From a candidate division FCPU426 bacterium (lineage in GTDB: Bacteria; Oederibacteriota; Muellerivitia; Muellerivitales; Muellerivitaceae): DNA of 64,000 bases. Below, piece by piece: positions 10,320 through 21,775 of the stretch. The notes under the pieces are model-generated. The model did no database searches. It had not been told where the DNA came from and worked only from the letters and a program-made list of their open reading frames with translations. A program made the translations under genes and the position numbers. Each line of letters starts with the position of its first letter. Positions within the stretch are counted from its first letter, which is position 1. The DNA is taken from assembly GCA_963847625.1 (NCBI GenBank), contig CAWKAR010000024.1, positions 64,001 through 128,000 on the forward strand, given 5' to 3'.

Positions 10320-11189
10320 ATGAGTCCAACTAAAAAGAAAACCGAGACTCTTCCCAAGAAAAAAGCGGTTAAGAAACCAAAAGAGAAAAAAGCAGCATCT
10401 TCTCCCCTGAAGACTACCTCCTCCCCCGTTTCAAAACCAAAAACAAACCAGTTCTCCCCTGAAATCAAGGTCTTCCCGAGCGCCGGGAACCTCTACGAGG
10501 AAATGGCCCCGATGGTCATGATGGCGGCCCGGGAGGCCGTCGACGCCCGGGGCCGGTTCATCCTGGCGCTTTCCGGCGGCAACACCCCCAAGCCGCTTTA
10601 CCAACAGCTTGCCGAGGAACCCTATGTCAACCTGATGCCCTGGGCCAAAACCTTTATTTTCTGGGCGGACGAACGGCACGTGCCGTTAGACAGCCCGGAA
10701 AGCAACTATCGGCTGGCCCTGGATCACCTTTTCGGCAAAGCGCCCATTCCCAAAACCAATCTCTTCCAGGCCGCCTACCCCACCCTGCCGGTGGACCAGG
10801 CCGCCTACCAATACGAGAGAAAGCTCAAGAAATTTTTCGGGCAGGCCGAAATACCCCGGATCGATTTGTGCCTGTTGGGCATGGGGGAGGATGGCCATAC
10901 CGCCAGCCTTTTTCCCGGCGTCCAGCAACTCAACGAACAAAAGCATTGGGTGGAGGGCTATTTCGTGAATGACAAGAGGAAGGAGCGAATCACCCTGACT
11001 TTCCCGGTATTGAACGCGGCCGGGTTGGTATGGGTGCTCGCGACCGGTAAAAAGAAGGCTGAAATAATAAAAGAAGTGTTGGAAGGCCCTTCGGACCCGC
11101 CCCGGTACCCCATCCAGTACCTTCGACCCACGGACGGCAAGCTCCTATTCGCCTTGGACAACGAGGCGGCGTCTTTGCTCAAAAAGTAA
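10320..11189 (+). CDS. pgl: 6-phosphogluconolactonase with Lys-rich N-terminal extension
   Basis: LSGGNTP, DERHVP, SNY, LLGMGEDGHTASLFP and RITLT motifs. Confidence 0.95.
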   Translation: MSPTKKKTETLPKKKAVKKPKEKKAASSPLKTTSSPVSKPKTNQFSPEIKVFPSAGNLYEEMAPMVMMAAREAVDARGRFILALSGGNTPKPLYQQLAEEPYVNLMPWAKTFIFWADERHVPLDSPESNYRLALDHLFGKAPIPKTNLFQAAYPTLPVDQAAYQYERKLKKFFGQAEIPRIDLCLLGMGEDGHTASLFPGVQQLNEQKHWVEGYFVNDKRKERITLTFPVLNAAGLVWVLATGKKKAEIIKEVLEGPSDPPRYPIQYLRPTDGKLLFALDNEAASLLKK

Positions 11190-11262
11190 GACTCGTCTAC
11201 CGCTTTTTTCCCCAACCCTCAATCCCGCCATTGACCTTTCGAAAAATTGGAGAAGGTGTGCC

Positions 11263-11838
11263 TTACCAGCGCAAATCCGCGTAGGAGTAAAGCAGCCATA
11301 GCCCATGGAAAACGCAGATGACGAGCAAGGCCACTTGTGCCCGGGGTTTGAGCCCCCTGCGCCAAAGCAGGATGGTGCAAAGAAAAACTAAAAACCATTC
11401 GAAGGGAGCGAAGAAATTGCCGTAATGGTTCGGATCCCAAAAAGAGATGGGGCTGTAAAAACGCCAGTTGCTGAGGGGAAGGAAATGGCGGTGGACGAAA
11501 TCCGCGTGGACCGGCAGGTCCTCCAGGTCATGCAGGGCCATGGCGGCGAAAAAAAAGACGGCTTTCCGGTATTTCAACAGGAGGCAAAGGAGCATTCCCG
11601 CCAGGGCCAAGGGGATGGAATGGGCCCAATCCACCCAAAGTAAACGGTAATGGAATTCGGAAAGAGCTGTTTTCCCCGTGCCGCTCCAGCGCCATTGGTG
11701 AAAGAAAAGCAGAAGAAAATAAAACATCATGGGTGTGTCGGGGATGAAAGATCCCAGGACCAAGGGCCAATTCCTCTCGGGATGCTTCTTGCGGCCCAGG
11801 ATGGTTGTGTTCAATAAGATGTGGGTTGTTGTAATCAT
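11263..11838 (-). CDS. Membrane protein, putative metal-dependent hydrolase
   Basis: TTH, PD, HS and HDLEDLPVH His/Asp motifs between TM helices. Confidence 0.65.
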   Translation of the reverse strand: MITTTHILLNTTILGRKKHPERNWPLVLGSFIPDTPMMFYFLLLFFHQWRWSGTGKTALSEFHYRLLWVDWAHSIPLALAGMLLCLLLKYRKAVFFFAAMALHDLEDLPVHADFVHRHFLPLSNWRFYSPISFWDPNHYGNFFAPFEWFLVFLCTILLWRRGLKPRAQVALLVICVFHGLWLLYSYADLRW

Positions 11839-11927
11839 GGAAACTTGCGCTCTGGTATGGAATTAAAAGAATAAAAAAAGCCTAAATTAACCGGGACCGA
11901 AAAATCTCAAGTCATTCAATAACAAAC

Positions 11928-13937
11928 TTATTTTAAGGACTTGAGGCTTTCCTTGGCGGCAGACACCACTTTTTCCGGGGTAAAGCCCAGGTTTTTCATG
12001 GCTATGGGGCCGGGGGCGCTGGCTCCGAAACGGTCCAAAGTCACAAACCGGCCATTCGGGCCGGCCCAGCGGTGCCAACCGAAAGAAACAGCCGCTTCCA
12101 CGACGACCCGTGCCGGGAGGGATGGAGACAACACCTCATCCTGGTAAGAAACAGGTTGGGCGGCGAACAATTCCAGGGAAGGGGCGCTGACCACGCGGGC
12201 CGGAATCCCCTCTTTGGCCAGTAATTCCTGGGCTTTCAGGCAAAGTTGGACCTCCGAGCCGGTTCCTATCAACACGACCTGGGGTTTTCCGCCCTTCGCC
12301 TCGGACAGGATATAAGCCCCTTTCAGGAGGCCCGACGGGGGGCCAAGGTTTGACCGGTCGAAAGTGGGTACCGCTTGGCGCGTGAAGACCAGGGTGGTGG
12401 GCGCGTGCTTTCGCTCCAGGGCGACGAGCCAGGCGTAGGGAACCTCGCTGGCATCGGCGGGCCGGATCACACAAGCGTTGGGGATGGACCGCATGGAAGC
12501 CAAAGTCTCCACCGGCTGGTGGGTCGGGCCGTCCTCACCCTGGCCGATGGAATCGTGGGTGAAGATGAAAATAGACTGGACCCCCATCAAGTGGGCCAAA
12601 CGGAAGGCGGGTTTCATGTAATCGTTGAACATCATGAAGGTTCCGCCGAAGGGAATAATCCCCCCATGCAAGGCCATTCCGTTCATGGCCGCGGCCATGG
12701 CATGCTCCCGAACCCCGAAATGGAATATCCGACCCTGGTATTGGCCCGCTTCGAAATCGCCGCCGCCCTCGATGAGTGTGTCGTTGGAACCGGCCAAGTC
12801 GGCTGAACCTCCCATCAGGAATGGGATCTCCTTGGCCAGGAAGTTAATGACCTTGCCGGAGGCCGTTCTGGTGGCCATGCCCTTCTCATCGGGTGGGAAT
12901 GTGGGAAGCATTTTTCCCAAATCCGCCGGCAATTCCTTGGAAAGCGCCGCCTGGTACAGCTTGTAGGGGCCGGGTTGGGTTTTGGCAAAAGCGTCGCGGT
13001 GGGCGTTCCATTCCGCTTCGGCTTTCTTCCCTTTTTCCACCGACTCCACACACCGTTTTTTCGCGTCCTCGGGGATGAAAAAGGTGGGTTCCTGGGGCCA
13101 CTTGAAGAATTCCTTGGTCTTTTTGATGTCCTCGGGAGGCATGGCTGATCCGTGGACCTTGGCGGTATCCTGGAGGGGGCTTCCATACCCGATATGGGTG
13201 CGAACCGCGATCAAGGTGGGGCGTTTCGTTTCCGCCTCGGCCTCGTCCATGGCCCGATCCAAAGCCTCCAGATCGTTACCGTCAGCCACCCTCAAGGTGT
13301 GCCAACCGTAAGATTCGAAGCGCTTCAGGGCGTCCTCGCTGTAAGCCAGGTTGGTATCTCCCTCGATGGAAATATGGTTATCGTCGTATATCACCTTCAA
13401 GCGGGAAAGTTTCAGGTGGCCCGCCAGGGAACAAGACTCGTGAGACACACCCTCCATCAGGTCCCCGTCGGAGGCGATGACCCAGGTCCTGTGGTCCACC
13501 AGGGCGTCCCCGAACCGCGCGGCCAGGAACCGCTCGGCCATGGCCATGCCGACGGCGGTGGCGATGCCCTGCCCCAGGGGGCCGGTGGTGGTTTCCACGC
13601 CCTCGGTGTGGCCCACCTCGGGATGGCCGGGAGTCTTGCTGCCCCATTGCCTGAAGTTTTTTAGTTCCTCCAAGGAAAGGTTATATCCATGAAGATGGAG
13701 AAGCGCGTAGAGAAGCATGGAGCCATGGCCCGCCGAGAGCACGAAACGGTCCCGGTTCTCCCAATGGGAGTTCCCGGGGTTATGCCGCAGGTGGCGGCTC
13801 CAAAGCACGTGAGCGGCTGGGGCCATGCCCATGGGCATGCCAGGGTGGCCCGAATTAGCCTTGCGGGTGGCGTCCACAGCCAGCATCCGGATGGTATTAA
13901 TGGCAAGTTGATCGGCTTGGTCGAAAGGCCTGGGCAT
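11928..13937 (-). CDS. tkt: Transketolase
   Basis: [36 protein letters not shown] and EDGPTHQP motifs. Confidence 0.98.
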   Translation of the reverse strand: MPRPFDQADQLAINTIRMLAVDATRKANSGHPGMPMGMAPAAHVLWSRHLRHNPGNSHWENRDRFVLSAGHGSMLLYALLHLHGYNLSLEELKNFRQWGSKTPGHPEVGHTEGVETTTGPLGQGIATAVGMAMAERFLAARFGDALVDHRTWVIASDGDLMEGVSHESCSLAGHLKLSRLKVIYDDNHISIEGDTNLAYSEDALKRFESYGWHTLRVADGNDLEALDRAMDEAEAETKRPTLIAVRTHIGYGSPLQDTAKVHGSAMPPEDIKKTKEFFKWPQEPTFFIPEDAKKRCVESVEKGKKAEAEWNAHRDAFAKTQPGPYKLYQAALSKELPADLGKMLPTFPPDEKGMATRTASGKVINFLAKEIPFLMGGSADLAGSNDTLIEGGGDFEAGQYQGRIFHFGVREHAMAAAMNGMALHGGIIPFGGTFMMFNDYMKPAFRLAHLMGVQSIFIFTHDSIGQGEDGPTHQPVETLASMRSIPNACVIRPADASEVPYAWLVALERKHAPTTLVFTRQAVPTFDRSNLGPPSGLLKGAYILSEAKGGKPQVVLIGTGSEVQLCLKAQELLAKEGIPARVVSAPSLELFAAQPVSYQDEVLSPSLPARVVVEAAVSFGWHRWAGPNGRFVTLDRFGASAPGPIAMKNLGFTPEKVVSAAKESLKSLK

Positions 13938-14151
13938 CTGAAATTCCCCCGGGTTTTTAGTCAGCCCCGGTCAAGGGGCCGGTTTTTAGGCGTACATATT
14001 AGGCGGAAGGCTTCCTGAAGAAAAGGCCCCAATGGAAGGTATTTGCATCACGGCCAAATCCCGAGGCCAACCCCCGGGGTGTTTTCAACTACTTGCCTGT
14101 TATTCCAGTATAATGAAACAGGTTTTTAAGAAACGCTCAAGGAGAAAGGAA

Positions 14152-14457
14152 ATGGCAGAAGGGGATTATCAACAAAGATTGAAAACGGGCCGGAACGAGC
14201 CTTGTCCCTGCGGGTCGGGCAAGAAATACAAGAAGTGCCACCTCGAGGCGGACGAGAAGGAACTGAGCCGGGTTTTGGCCAAGACCAACGCCGAGGCGGC
14301 TTCCAAGGTGAAGGCGGAGGATAAGGACCATGACCATGCAGGCCATGACCATCCCCATGACCACCACAAGCACGAAAAAGGGGGGCCGGTCAGGCCCCAG
14401 GCTCCCACCAATTTCCAAAAGCAGGTGAACGCGCCTCGCAAGACCGGGGTGGCATAA
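14152..14457 (+). CDS. SEC-C motif protein with His-rich tail
   Basis: [18 protein letters not shown] followed by [30 protein letters not shown] before ATG 14152. Confidence 0.85.
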   Translation: MAEGDYQQRLKTGRNEPCPCGSGKKYKKCHLEADEKELSRVLAKTNAEAASKVKAEDKDHDHAGHDHPHDHHKHEKGGPVRPQAPTNFQKQVNAPRKTGVA

Positions 14458-14533
14458 ATCCTATTCGAACTGGAATTTTGGATATTTAATTTTTCGGGCC
14501 TCAACGGCTCAGGCCCGCGACGGGGAATATTTC

Positions 14534-15046
14534 ATGGAACCATCAAAGATTTCATTCGAGGATAAGGGAAGCCCCCGGCCCTACCAGGTTTCCGATAAGG
14601 AAGCTTGCCTCGACATTTACGACGGAAACTCCCCGAAATTTCTCATCCCCGACGAACGGGAAAAATTCATCGCTTACCTGGATAGTGAGCCCAAGAATTT
14701 TTCCGTGGTGGAGGATGGGGCGGGAAAAGTCGTGGCCTGCGGGGGTTATCTATTGGGCGATGACGGCGGATCGGCCACTCTTTGCTGGGGGATGGTCCAC
14801 CGGGAATTCCACGGCCAGAACATGGTTCAGCTTCTCCTCCAGAGCCGCCTGTCGGCGCTGGCCCAAGACCCGAAGGTGAAAGTGATCCGGCTGGACGCGA
14901 GCCAGGCCAGCGTGGAATTTTTCGTGAAAATGGGATTTGTCACCTACCGGATTACCCAGAATCACTTTGGCCCTAATTTGCACCGCTATGAGATGTACAT
15001 GGTCATGGACGAGGATAAAATTAAGGAAATTTTATCCAAAAAATAG
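14534..15046 (+). CDS. GNAT family N-acetyltransferase
   Basis: VVACGG, WGMVHREFHGQ (motif A-like) and FFVKMGF. Confidence 0.8.
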   Translation: MEPSKISFEDKGSPRPYQVSDKEACLDIYDGNSPKFLIPDEREKFIAYLDSEPKNFSVVEDGAGKVVACGGYLLGDDGGSATLCWGMVHREFHGQNMVQLLLQSRLSALAQDPKVKVIRLDASQASVEFFVKMGFVTYRITQNHFGPNLHRYEMYMVMDEDKIKEILSKK

Positions 15047-15183
15047 ACCGTCATTTTTAAAAAAGCTCCTTTTGAAATCGAAGCCCCGACCCTGCCGGAT
15101 GAAAATCCGTTCATATTCCCCTAAATCCATCCCATGAAATGGGCCTACCCGATTTAAAAGGGTTTGGATAAAATGCCTTCCTC

Positions 15184-16341
15184 ATGTACCCATGCCCCCA
15201 TTGCGGCCAAGCCCTCGTGAAAAGGCAGAGCGATTACGGCCTCTTTTGGGCCTGCGAGGGTTGCAACCATTGGCTGGTGAGCCTGGCGATCCTGAGACGC
15301 ACCATTGAAACCTCATTCTATTCCAAGCTTTGGCAGGAAGTCCGCAACAGCGGGGAAGGACAGGGTGCGAATTGTCCCATGTGTTCCAAGCCCATGAACC
15401 AGGTATTCATGGGCACTCCCGAATCCCCGCTGACATATCTTGTATGTAAAAACTGTGTTCTCAGCTGGCTATCCCCCGAAGAAAGGGCGGCCATGCCGGT
15501 GCAGGCGGCTCCCGTCCCCAAGGAGCCGGCACCGGAGGAACCCAAAGAAAAGGTTTTGCCCCAGGAAGCGGCCCAATTGCTGGCCCTTCACAAGGTGGAA
15601 TTGCTCGGCGAAAGGGCCAGCCGGGAGAGGCAATTCGACGCAAGCCACCTCCCCTATTGGCAAAAATTCCTGGCCATTGTCGGCATGCCGATTGAGGATG
15701 ATCCCGGGGCGATGATTAAATTCCCCTGGCTGACGGGGCTTTTAACGTTGGTTACCATCGGCTGCAGCCTTTATTTTTTCGGGGATTTCCGCGCGCCCGA
15801 GACCATCGGATTTGTCCCGAGGGATTATGACCAAGAAGGAGGGATCACTTTTCTCACCAGCTTCCTCATTCACGGGGGTTGGGTCCACCTGCTGACCAAC
15901 ATGTATTTTCTTTTCGTGTTCGGGAGGGTGGTCGAAGATAAAATCGGGGGATTCCTGTTTTTAGCCCTGATCCTATTTTCCACCATCGGGGGCAACGCCA
16001 TGACTCTTTGTTTTGACCCCCAGTCCGACATCCCCCACGTGGGGGCCAGCGGCGGCATCGCGGGCGTTTTATTGTTCTATGCCTTCACCTTTCCCCGCAA
16101 GAAATTGGTTTTCTTTTTCTCCACTTACGGCGGTTTGCTGATGCCCAGGTTGGTCCGCATTCCGGCCTGGGCGGCTTTGGTGATGTGGGTCGCGCTCCAA
16201 CTGTTCGGGGCTTCCTTTCAAAAGGTCGGCATGTCGTCCGTTTCTTATTCCGCCCACCTGGGAGGGTTTTTGGCCGGGCTCTTGTTCTGGCTGGCCTGGA
16301 AGGCGTTAAAGGGAAAGGTGGTGTTGGAAAAGCTGGGATAG
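15184..16341 (+). CDS. Rhomboid intramembrane serine protease with N-terminal zinc ribbons
   Basis: Four CxxC pairs at the N-terminus. HLLTNMYFL, GASG and AHLGG catalytic motifs. Confidence 0.9.
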   Translation: MYPCPHCGQALVKRQSDYGLFWACEGCNHWLVSLAILRRTIETSFYSKLWQEVRNSGEGQGANCPMCSKPMNQVFMGTPESPLTYLVCKNCVLSWLSPEERAAMPVQAAPVPKEPAPEEPKEKVLPQEAAQLLALHKVELLGERASRERQFDASHLPYWQKFLAIVGMPIEDDPGAMIKFPWLTGLLTLVTIGCSLYFFGDFRAPETIGFVPRDYDQEGGITFLTSFLIHGGWVHLLTNMYFLFVFGRVVEDKIGGFLFLALILFSTIGGNAMTLCFDPQSDIPHVGASGGIAGVLLFYAFTFPRKKLVFFFSTYGGLLMPRLVRIPAWAALVMWVALQLFGASFQKVGMSSVSYSAHLGGFLAGLLFWLAWKALKGKVVLEKLG

Positions 16342-16401
16342 GGTGTTTTAGAGTCTGGAAATTTTTTGCCGTTGGTTCTTAATCCGATCAAGGAGGATGT
16401 T

Positions 16402-16794
16402 ATGCGCAAGATTTTATTCGCCGTTTTGGTGTTACTCCCGTGGTTGTCGATGGCTTGCATGGATTCCCACGAGAACATGAGCCCGGTCAAATGCTTCGAG
16501 ACGGCCTACCAATTGGGCATCGAGGGGAAATATGACCAAACCGCCCCTTATTTCACCGACGCGATCCTGGATTATATGAAGAAGAACCCGGACATGACCC
16601 TCCAGAAGATCTGGGATGCCAAGTTGAACGGCGGTACCGTCAAGCTCGCCAAAGTCATCGAGAAGCAAGCCGACGATAAGAATTGCGACGTCAAATTCAT
16701 GATCAACGGTCCCGACGGCATGACGGATGCCGAGGACACCCTGGTCTTTGAGCGGGGTTCGTGGAAGTTCGATAAGATGACAAGAGTGAGGTAA
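16402..16794 (+). CDS. Putative lipoprotein (NTF2-like)
   Basis: AAGGAGG RBS, lipobox SMAC, C-terminal LVFERGSWKF. Confidence 0.65.
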   Translation: MRKILFAVLVLLPWLSMACMDSHENMSPVKCFETAYQLGIEGKYDQTAPYFTDAILDYMKKNPDMTLQKIWDAKLNGGTVKLAKVIEKQADDKNCDVKFMINGPDGMTDAEDTLVFERGSWKFDKMTRVR

Positions 16795-16858
16795 AGCCGG
16801 CCGCATTTCACCGTCTCGGTAAAAAACCGAAAACTTTTGGAGGATTCAAGGAGGGTTC

Positions 16859-17335
16859 ATGGGCCATTTATGGATTCCCGACATACCCATTTGGGAAAAA
16901 ATATTTCGTTCCTTCGTCGTGTACCTGTTTATTCTTCTGGCCTTCCGCTTTACCGGTAAAAGACAAGTGGGGCAGTTGACGCCTTTTGACCTCGTGGTGC
17001 TTTTAATCATCTCCAACGTGGTACAGAACGCGGTCATCGGCAACGACAACTCCTTGGGCGGGGGACTGATCGGGGCAGTGGCCATCCTGATCTTGAATTT
17101 CTTCGTCGTGGAGGTTTCCTACCGTTTCAAACCCGCGCGGCGCTTTTTGGAGGGGGGCCCCACCCTGCTGGTTCATAACGGGAAAATCCTCTATCAACGT
17201 TTGGAGAAGGAGCGGATCACCCTGGAAGACCTCCAGGGGGCTTTACGGCGAAGCGGGGTGGGAGAGGTTGAAAAAGTGCGCTTCGCGGTGCTGGAGGAAA
17301 ACGGGCAAATCAGCGTTATTCCCAAGGATAAATAA
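16859..17335 (+). CDS. DUF421 / YetF domain membrane protein
   Basis: GKRQVGQLTPFDLV, LEGGPTLLVHNG and AVLEENGQISVI. Confidence 0.9.
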   Translation: MGHLWIPDIPIWEKIFRSFVVYLFILLAFRFTGKRQVGQLTPFDLVVLLIISNVVQNAVIGNDNSLGGGLIGAVAILILNFFVVEVSYRFKPARRFLEGGPTLLVHNGKILYQRLEKERITLEDLQGALRRSGVGEVEKVRFAVLEENGQISVIPKDK

Positions 17336-17541
17336 GCAAATCGGGAAGCTGTAAAAAATCCGGGAAACGGATTTTTATACTGCCTAAATGATGGCATTGA
17401 CCGCCGGTACTTGGAGTTATACTATCGATATTTGCTGAGTACCTTTTTGCTCCGGATATCGAACATGGCAAAATATCTTTTACCCTTAAAAAATAAAGGA
17501 TTTCGACCTTTCCCATTTTCTGTTCCCGGAAAGGCCGGCCG

Positions 17542-19074
17542 ATGAAGCCCCAAAAACCCCGAAAAAATATCAAGCTTCCCAACCGGAAATCCGCTTCCAC
17601 GCGAACCTCAAAGGAATCCCTCAAGCTTTCGGAAGAGAAGTTTCGAAGCCTGATCGAGAATTCAAAGGACATGATCGCAATCGTGGACACAAGGGGTGTG
17701 GGTTATTTCGTGACGCCTTTAGCCCCCCAGGTCCTGGGGTATGAAATCGGGGAAAGGAACGGCAAAAGTTTCCTGGAATTGGTCCATCCTGAGGACTTGG
17801 CCCGCATCCGCGGGTTGTTCAGGAAATTGACCCGGAGAAAGGGCGCCACTGTTTCCGCCGAACTGAGGATCAGGCACAAGGACGGATCCTGGAGGTTTAT
17901 TGAGAGCCAAGGGACCAATTACCTGGACCATCCTTCTATACAGGGCATCGTCTTGAATTTCCGGGACGTAACGGAAAAAAGAAAATCCGAGGAAATGATC
18001 CTGCATCAGCAGCGATATTTCCAGGCCTTGATTGAGAATTCAAACGATGTGATCGGCTTGGTCGACCCCTCCGGACGGTCCGCTTACATCAGTCCCTCCT
18101 ACGAGAAAATCCTGGGGTACCGCATCCAGGATCGACTAGGCCGGTCCTTTTTCGAGATCATCCACCCCGAAGACCTGCCCGGCATCCGTCAATCCTACGG
18201 GGAACTGGCACGCACCCCAGGAGCCACCTTCACCGGCCGGTTGCGCCTCAAAAACTGTAAGGGTGAATGGCGCTATTTCGAAGCCTCCGCCACCAACCAC
18301 ATGGAAAACCCCCTGGTGAGGGGGATCATCCTCAATTTCCGGGACGTCACCGAAAAGAGGGAGGCCGAGAACGCTCTCCTGAAGTACGAACGCCTGGGAG
18401 CCATCGGGGAAATGGCGGCCGGCTTGGCGCATGAGATCCGCAACCCCCTCTCGGGGATATCCCTTTCCGCCCAATACCTGATGAAGAAGTTCCAAGAAGT
18501 ACCCGAAGCAACGGAACAGCTCCGGAACATCCTGGATCAAACCGAGAGGCTCAAAGAATTGGTGAACGGCACCCTGGATTTTACCCGGGATAAATCCACG
18601 GAGGAAAAGCGCCGCCTGGACGCCATGGATCTTTTCAGCACCTCCCTGCGCCTGGCGCAGGTTCAATTCGGCCCCAGCCACGCCGGATTCAAAATCCATT
18701 GGGAATTCGTCCGGGGAAAGTTTTTCCTAAATATCAACCCGTACCGGGTCCAGCAGATCCTGGTAAACCTCATCTTGAACGCTTTCCAGGCCATGGGCAA
18801 AGACGGTTCTCTGGTGCTGGGATGCGAAAAGGAAGGGGATTGGATCAAATTCAAGGTGAAAGATGACGGTTCCGGCATCCCCGAAGACGCGATGGCGCGG
18901 ATCTTCGAGCCCTTTTTTTCCACCAAGAAAAGGGGATCGGGCTTGGGCCTTTCGGTGTGCCAGAAAGTGGCTCATGGCTACGGAGGCGAGATTGAAGTGG
19001 AGAGGGTTTCACCCCGCGGCATGTTGTTTGTATTGAAGCTTCCGTTGAAAGAGGAGGGCCCTGTCCCTGTTTAG
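17542..19074 (+). CDS. Cytoplasmic PAS-PAS sensor histidine kinase
   Basis: Two PAS repeats (VHPEDL and IHPEDL, each with LNFRDVTE). H-box AHEIRNPL, N-box NLILNA, and G boxes DDGSG and GSGLGL. No response regulator adjacent. Confidence 0.93.
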   Translation: MKPQKPRKNIKLPNRKSASTRTSKESLKLSEEKFRSLIENSKDMIAIVDTRGVGYFVTPLAPQVLGYEIGERNGKSFLELVHPEDLARIRGLFRKLTRRKGATVSAELRIRHKDGSWRFIESQGTNYLDHPSIQGIVLNFRDVTEKRKSEEMILHQQRYFQALIENSNDVIGLVDPSGRSAYISPSYEKILGYRIQDRLGRSFFEIIHPEDLPGIRQSYGELARTPGATFTGRLRLKNCKGEWRYFEASATNHMENPLVRGIILNFRDVTEKREAENALLKYERLGAIGEMAAGLAHEIRNPLSGISLSAQYLMKKFQEVPEATEQLRNILDQTERLKELVNGTLDFTRDKSTEEKRRLDAMDLFSTSLRLAQVQFGPSHAGFKIHWEFVRGKFFLNINPYRVQQILVNLILNAFQAMGKDGSLVLGCEKEGDWIKFKVKDDGSGIPEDAMARIFEPFFSTKKRGSGLGLSVCQKVAHGYGGEIEVERVSPRGMLFVLKLPLKEEGPVPV

Positions 19075-19197
19075 CCCTTGATCGTTCCGAGGATCTTCGG
19101 AAAATTTGATGCGGCTAATTCAAAGCCCGCCATAAACCGCTTTAATGGATCAAAATCCAGTGTTTTCCGCGCGCATAGCTTGATTTAAAATACATCA

Positions 19198-20844
19198 ATG
19201 CAATTCACCCGAAAATGGATCTCTTTTCTTTGGCTTTTTACTTTCCTTCTCGTTTTTTCTGCGCAAGTCATTCCGAGAATTATGAATGAGTCTCCAACGA
19301 ATGATGAACCTCTTGATCTTACTGGGGGTTATTTTTATTGGAAAGGCGATGTCGTTTCATGTAAATTCCATCCCCCTTTTTCCAAAATGCTCCAGTGCCT
19401 TCCTTTAAGGTTTCTGCCAGTAAAAGATGACTCGGGACCAGGGCCGCCCCCTTTCGAATTCCAATCTTACCGGTTTGTCTTTCTTTTAAACCATGATCGT
19501 TTTGAGTGGATGACCCGGGTGGGCCGGCTGGTGACCTTGTGTTTTGGCCTCGCCATCGGGGGTGTTTTGTTTTTCCTCACCCGGAGGGAGACGGCCATTA
19601 TCCGTTTCACCGTCATGACTTTATGGGTTTTCGAACCAACCTTACTCGCTTTTTCAGGGCTAGTCATGGAGGAGATACCGGCAACTTTTTTATTTTTAAT
19701 CTCGGTCTTGGCTTTCAAAAAATGCCTGGAAAACGATGGTTTCTTTTGGCGCTCCTCGGTTGGAATAACTTCTGCTTTTGCCGTTTGCTCCAAGTTCTCA
19801 GCCCTCATCCTGGTTCCCGTATTTGTCTTGTTGGAGGCGCTAGATTATATCCGGCTGAAAAAATCCAATAATCTCCCGAAAATTTATGGCTGGAAAACCG
19901 CTAAAGATTGGTTTTGGGGCGCATTTGTTTTTTTTACCGTCATATTCCTCCTTTATCTGCCAGGAACCTTTCACGAACCGGACCATCTCTTTCCATTGGC
20001 CTACTTTTTTGACGCGTTAAAAACCATTTTTCAATATTCTCATTTTCAACATCCCACTTATTTCCTTGGGCAGGCCTCCCGGGAAAGCCACTGGCTTTAT
20101 TTCCCGGTGGCTTTCCTGCTCAAAAGCACAATCCCCTTCCTGGTCCTGGTCTTTTTAGCCATTGGAATGGGTTTGAAAAAGAAGCTCCATCTTCCCCCCT
20201 GGATGTGGGTGCCTCCTATTCTTTTTTTCCTTTCGATCATTCCCGGCCTAAATACAGGCGTTCGTTACCTATTGCCGGCTTATCCATTTTTAATCCTGAT
20301 GGCTTCCCGTATGGCGGGCCAACTTTGGACCGGCTGGAATTCCGTCTGGGGCCGCAGCGGAAAATTAGCGCTTGGGGGATTGCTTCTTTGGCATGCCACG
20401 AGTGTGCTGGCGAACGCGCCGAATATGATCAGCTATTACAACGATTTGATCCCACAAGAAAAAAAGATTTATTACTTAGGCGATTCCAACTTGGATTTTG
20501 GCCAGGACGTTAAGCGATTGGCGCAAGTGGGCCAGGAGAGGGGTTGGAAAAATGTGAAATTGGCCCAGTTTGACGGCATGTCCGATCCATCTCTTTACGG
20601 GCTGTCCTGGTCACCTTGGACCGAACGGGACTTGTTGAAACCGCAACCGGGTTTTGTCTATGCCATCAATTTGAACCTCATCCAATTAGGCCCAGTTTTT
20701 TTTCCGGATTTTTATCCCATCGCGAAAAGCTGGGTTTTAAATATTCCTCCAACGGGCAGGGTCGGGGATACTTGGCTTTATTTTGAAATACCTGGGAAAC
20801 CGGAACCGGATTCTTCTCCGCCCTTACACAGTGTCCGTCTTTGA
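19198..20844 (+). CDS. GT-C fold (PMT/ArnT-like, GT39) glycosyltransferase
   Basis: TNDEP, HPP, SKFS, GVRYLLP and LGDSNLDFGQD. Multiple TM helices. Paralog of 61940-63631. Confidence 0.8.
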   Translation: MQFTRKWISFLWLFTFLLVFSAQVIPRIMNESPTNDEPLDLTGGYFYWKGDVVSCKFHPPFSKMLQCLPLRFLPVKDDSGPGPPPFEFQSYRFVFLLNHDRFEWMTRVGRLVTLCFGLAIGGVLFFLTRRETAIIRFTVMTLWVFEPTLLAFSGLVMEEIPATFLFLISVLAFKKCLENDGFFWRSSVGITSAFAVCSKFSALILVPVFVLLEALDYIRLKKSNNLPKIYGWKTAKDWFWGAFVFFTVIFLLYLPGTFHEPDHLFPLAYFFDALKTIFQYSHFQHPTYFLGQASRESHWLYFPVAFLLKSTIPFLVLVFLAIGMGLKKKLHLPPWMWVPPILFFLSIIPGLNTGVRYLLPAYPFLILMASRMAGQLWTGWNSVWGRSGKLALGGLLLWHATSVLANAPNMISYYNDLIPQEKKIYYLGDSNLDFGQDVKRLAQVGQERGWKNVKLAQFDGMSDPSLYGLSWSPWTERDLLKPQPGFVYAINLNLIQLGPVFFPDFYPIAKSWVLNIPPTGRVGDTWLYFEIPGKPEPDSSPPLHSVRL

Positions 20845-20965
20845 AGACGGAGCCGGGGAAATGGGAATAGGGCCCCCGGGACCAATCGGGTTTCATGGCT
20901 CAGGGAACCATGAACTATCGTATGAGTTGTTTTTTCCGGGACTAATTTGGGCGGTTTTTTCCGAA

Positions 20966-21775
20966 TCAATTGTCAACGGAGGCATTTCCGCCATTGGCCC
21001 GGCGAGGAGCGGTGCGGCGCGGGTGGGTTTTGGTGGCCTGGGCTAGGCTTACCGGCGGGGCCTTCAACAATTCCTCCACGATGGGCAAGACGACTTGGTT
21101 GGGTTTCAGCATTTGTTTGCGTAAATTTGAAAAAGTGGTTTGGGGCCAACCCTGTTGGAACCAATTGACCAGCCACTTGGGCACACCCCCCTTGGGATCG
21201 CAGTGGATCTCCGCTTCCACATAGGTCTCGTCCGAAAAAGTCATGGGAACCAGCTTGTAAACGCAAGTCATCACCCCTCTCACGTATTTTTTCAAGGGCG
21301 GCGCCAGGGAGTCTTCCGCCGGGAGGAACTTCACCACCATCCGGCGCGTCCTGGGATCCGATTCGATGGTGACATGGGAGACGAAATCCCGGTTGGCCAT
21401 GATGAAGGGGGTTCCCACGTGGTCGTACTCGATGAACTCGGTTGGCGATAGGGGCCGCACGACGCGGGATTCCAGGAGGCTATCGACCCACTCGGTTCCC
21501 CGGTTGGTGTCGATCATGACCGAGGCCACCTTTTCGATGGGCGCATCCACGATCCCGTCGCCCTTGAAGGCGATGATGGGGCTATGTTCCACCTTGCTCC
21601 AGTAGAGATTGATGCCGTTCGTGGTGCAGGATTTCTTCCAGTGAAAAGCCGATTCGGGAATCGCGCCGACATCCAGCGGGCCGGAGACGGCCGAACTGCC
21701 GGTATCCCCCTCTCCCGGGAAAGCCATCGCCGGGAGCCAGATTAAAGCCGGTAATATTAATTTGGAAAATTTCAC
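20966..21775 (-). CDS. Secreted START domain lipid-binding protein
   Basis: Signal peptide, NRDFV and DPKGGVPKWLVN. Confidence 0.85.
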   Translation of the reverse strand: MKFSKLILPALIWLPAMAFPGEGDTGSSAVSGPLDVGAIPESAFHWKKSCTTNGINLYWSKVEHSPIIAFKGDGIVDAPIEKVASVMIDTNRGTEWVDSLLESRVVRPLSPTEFIEYDHVGTPFIMANRDFVSHVTIESDPRTRRMVVKFLPAEDSLAPPLKKYVRGVMTCVYKLVPMTFSDETYVEAEIHCDPKGGVPKWLVNWFQQGWPQTTFSNLRKQMLKPNQVVLPIVEELLKAPPVSLAQATKTHPRRTAPRRANGGNASVDN

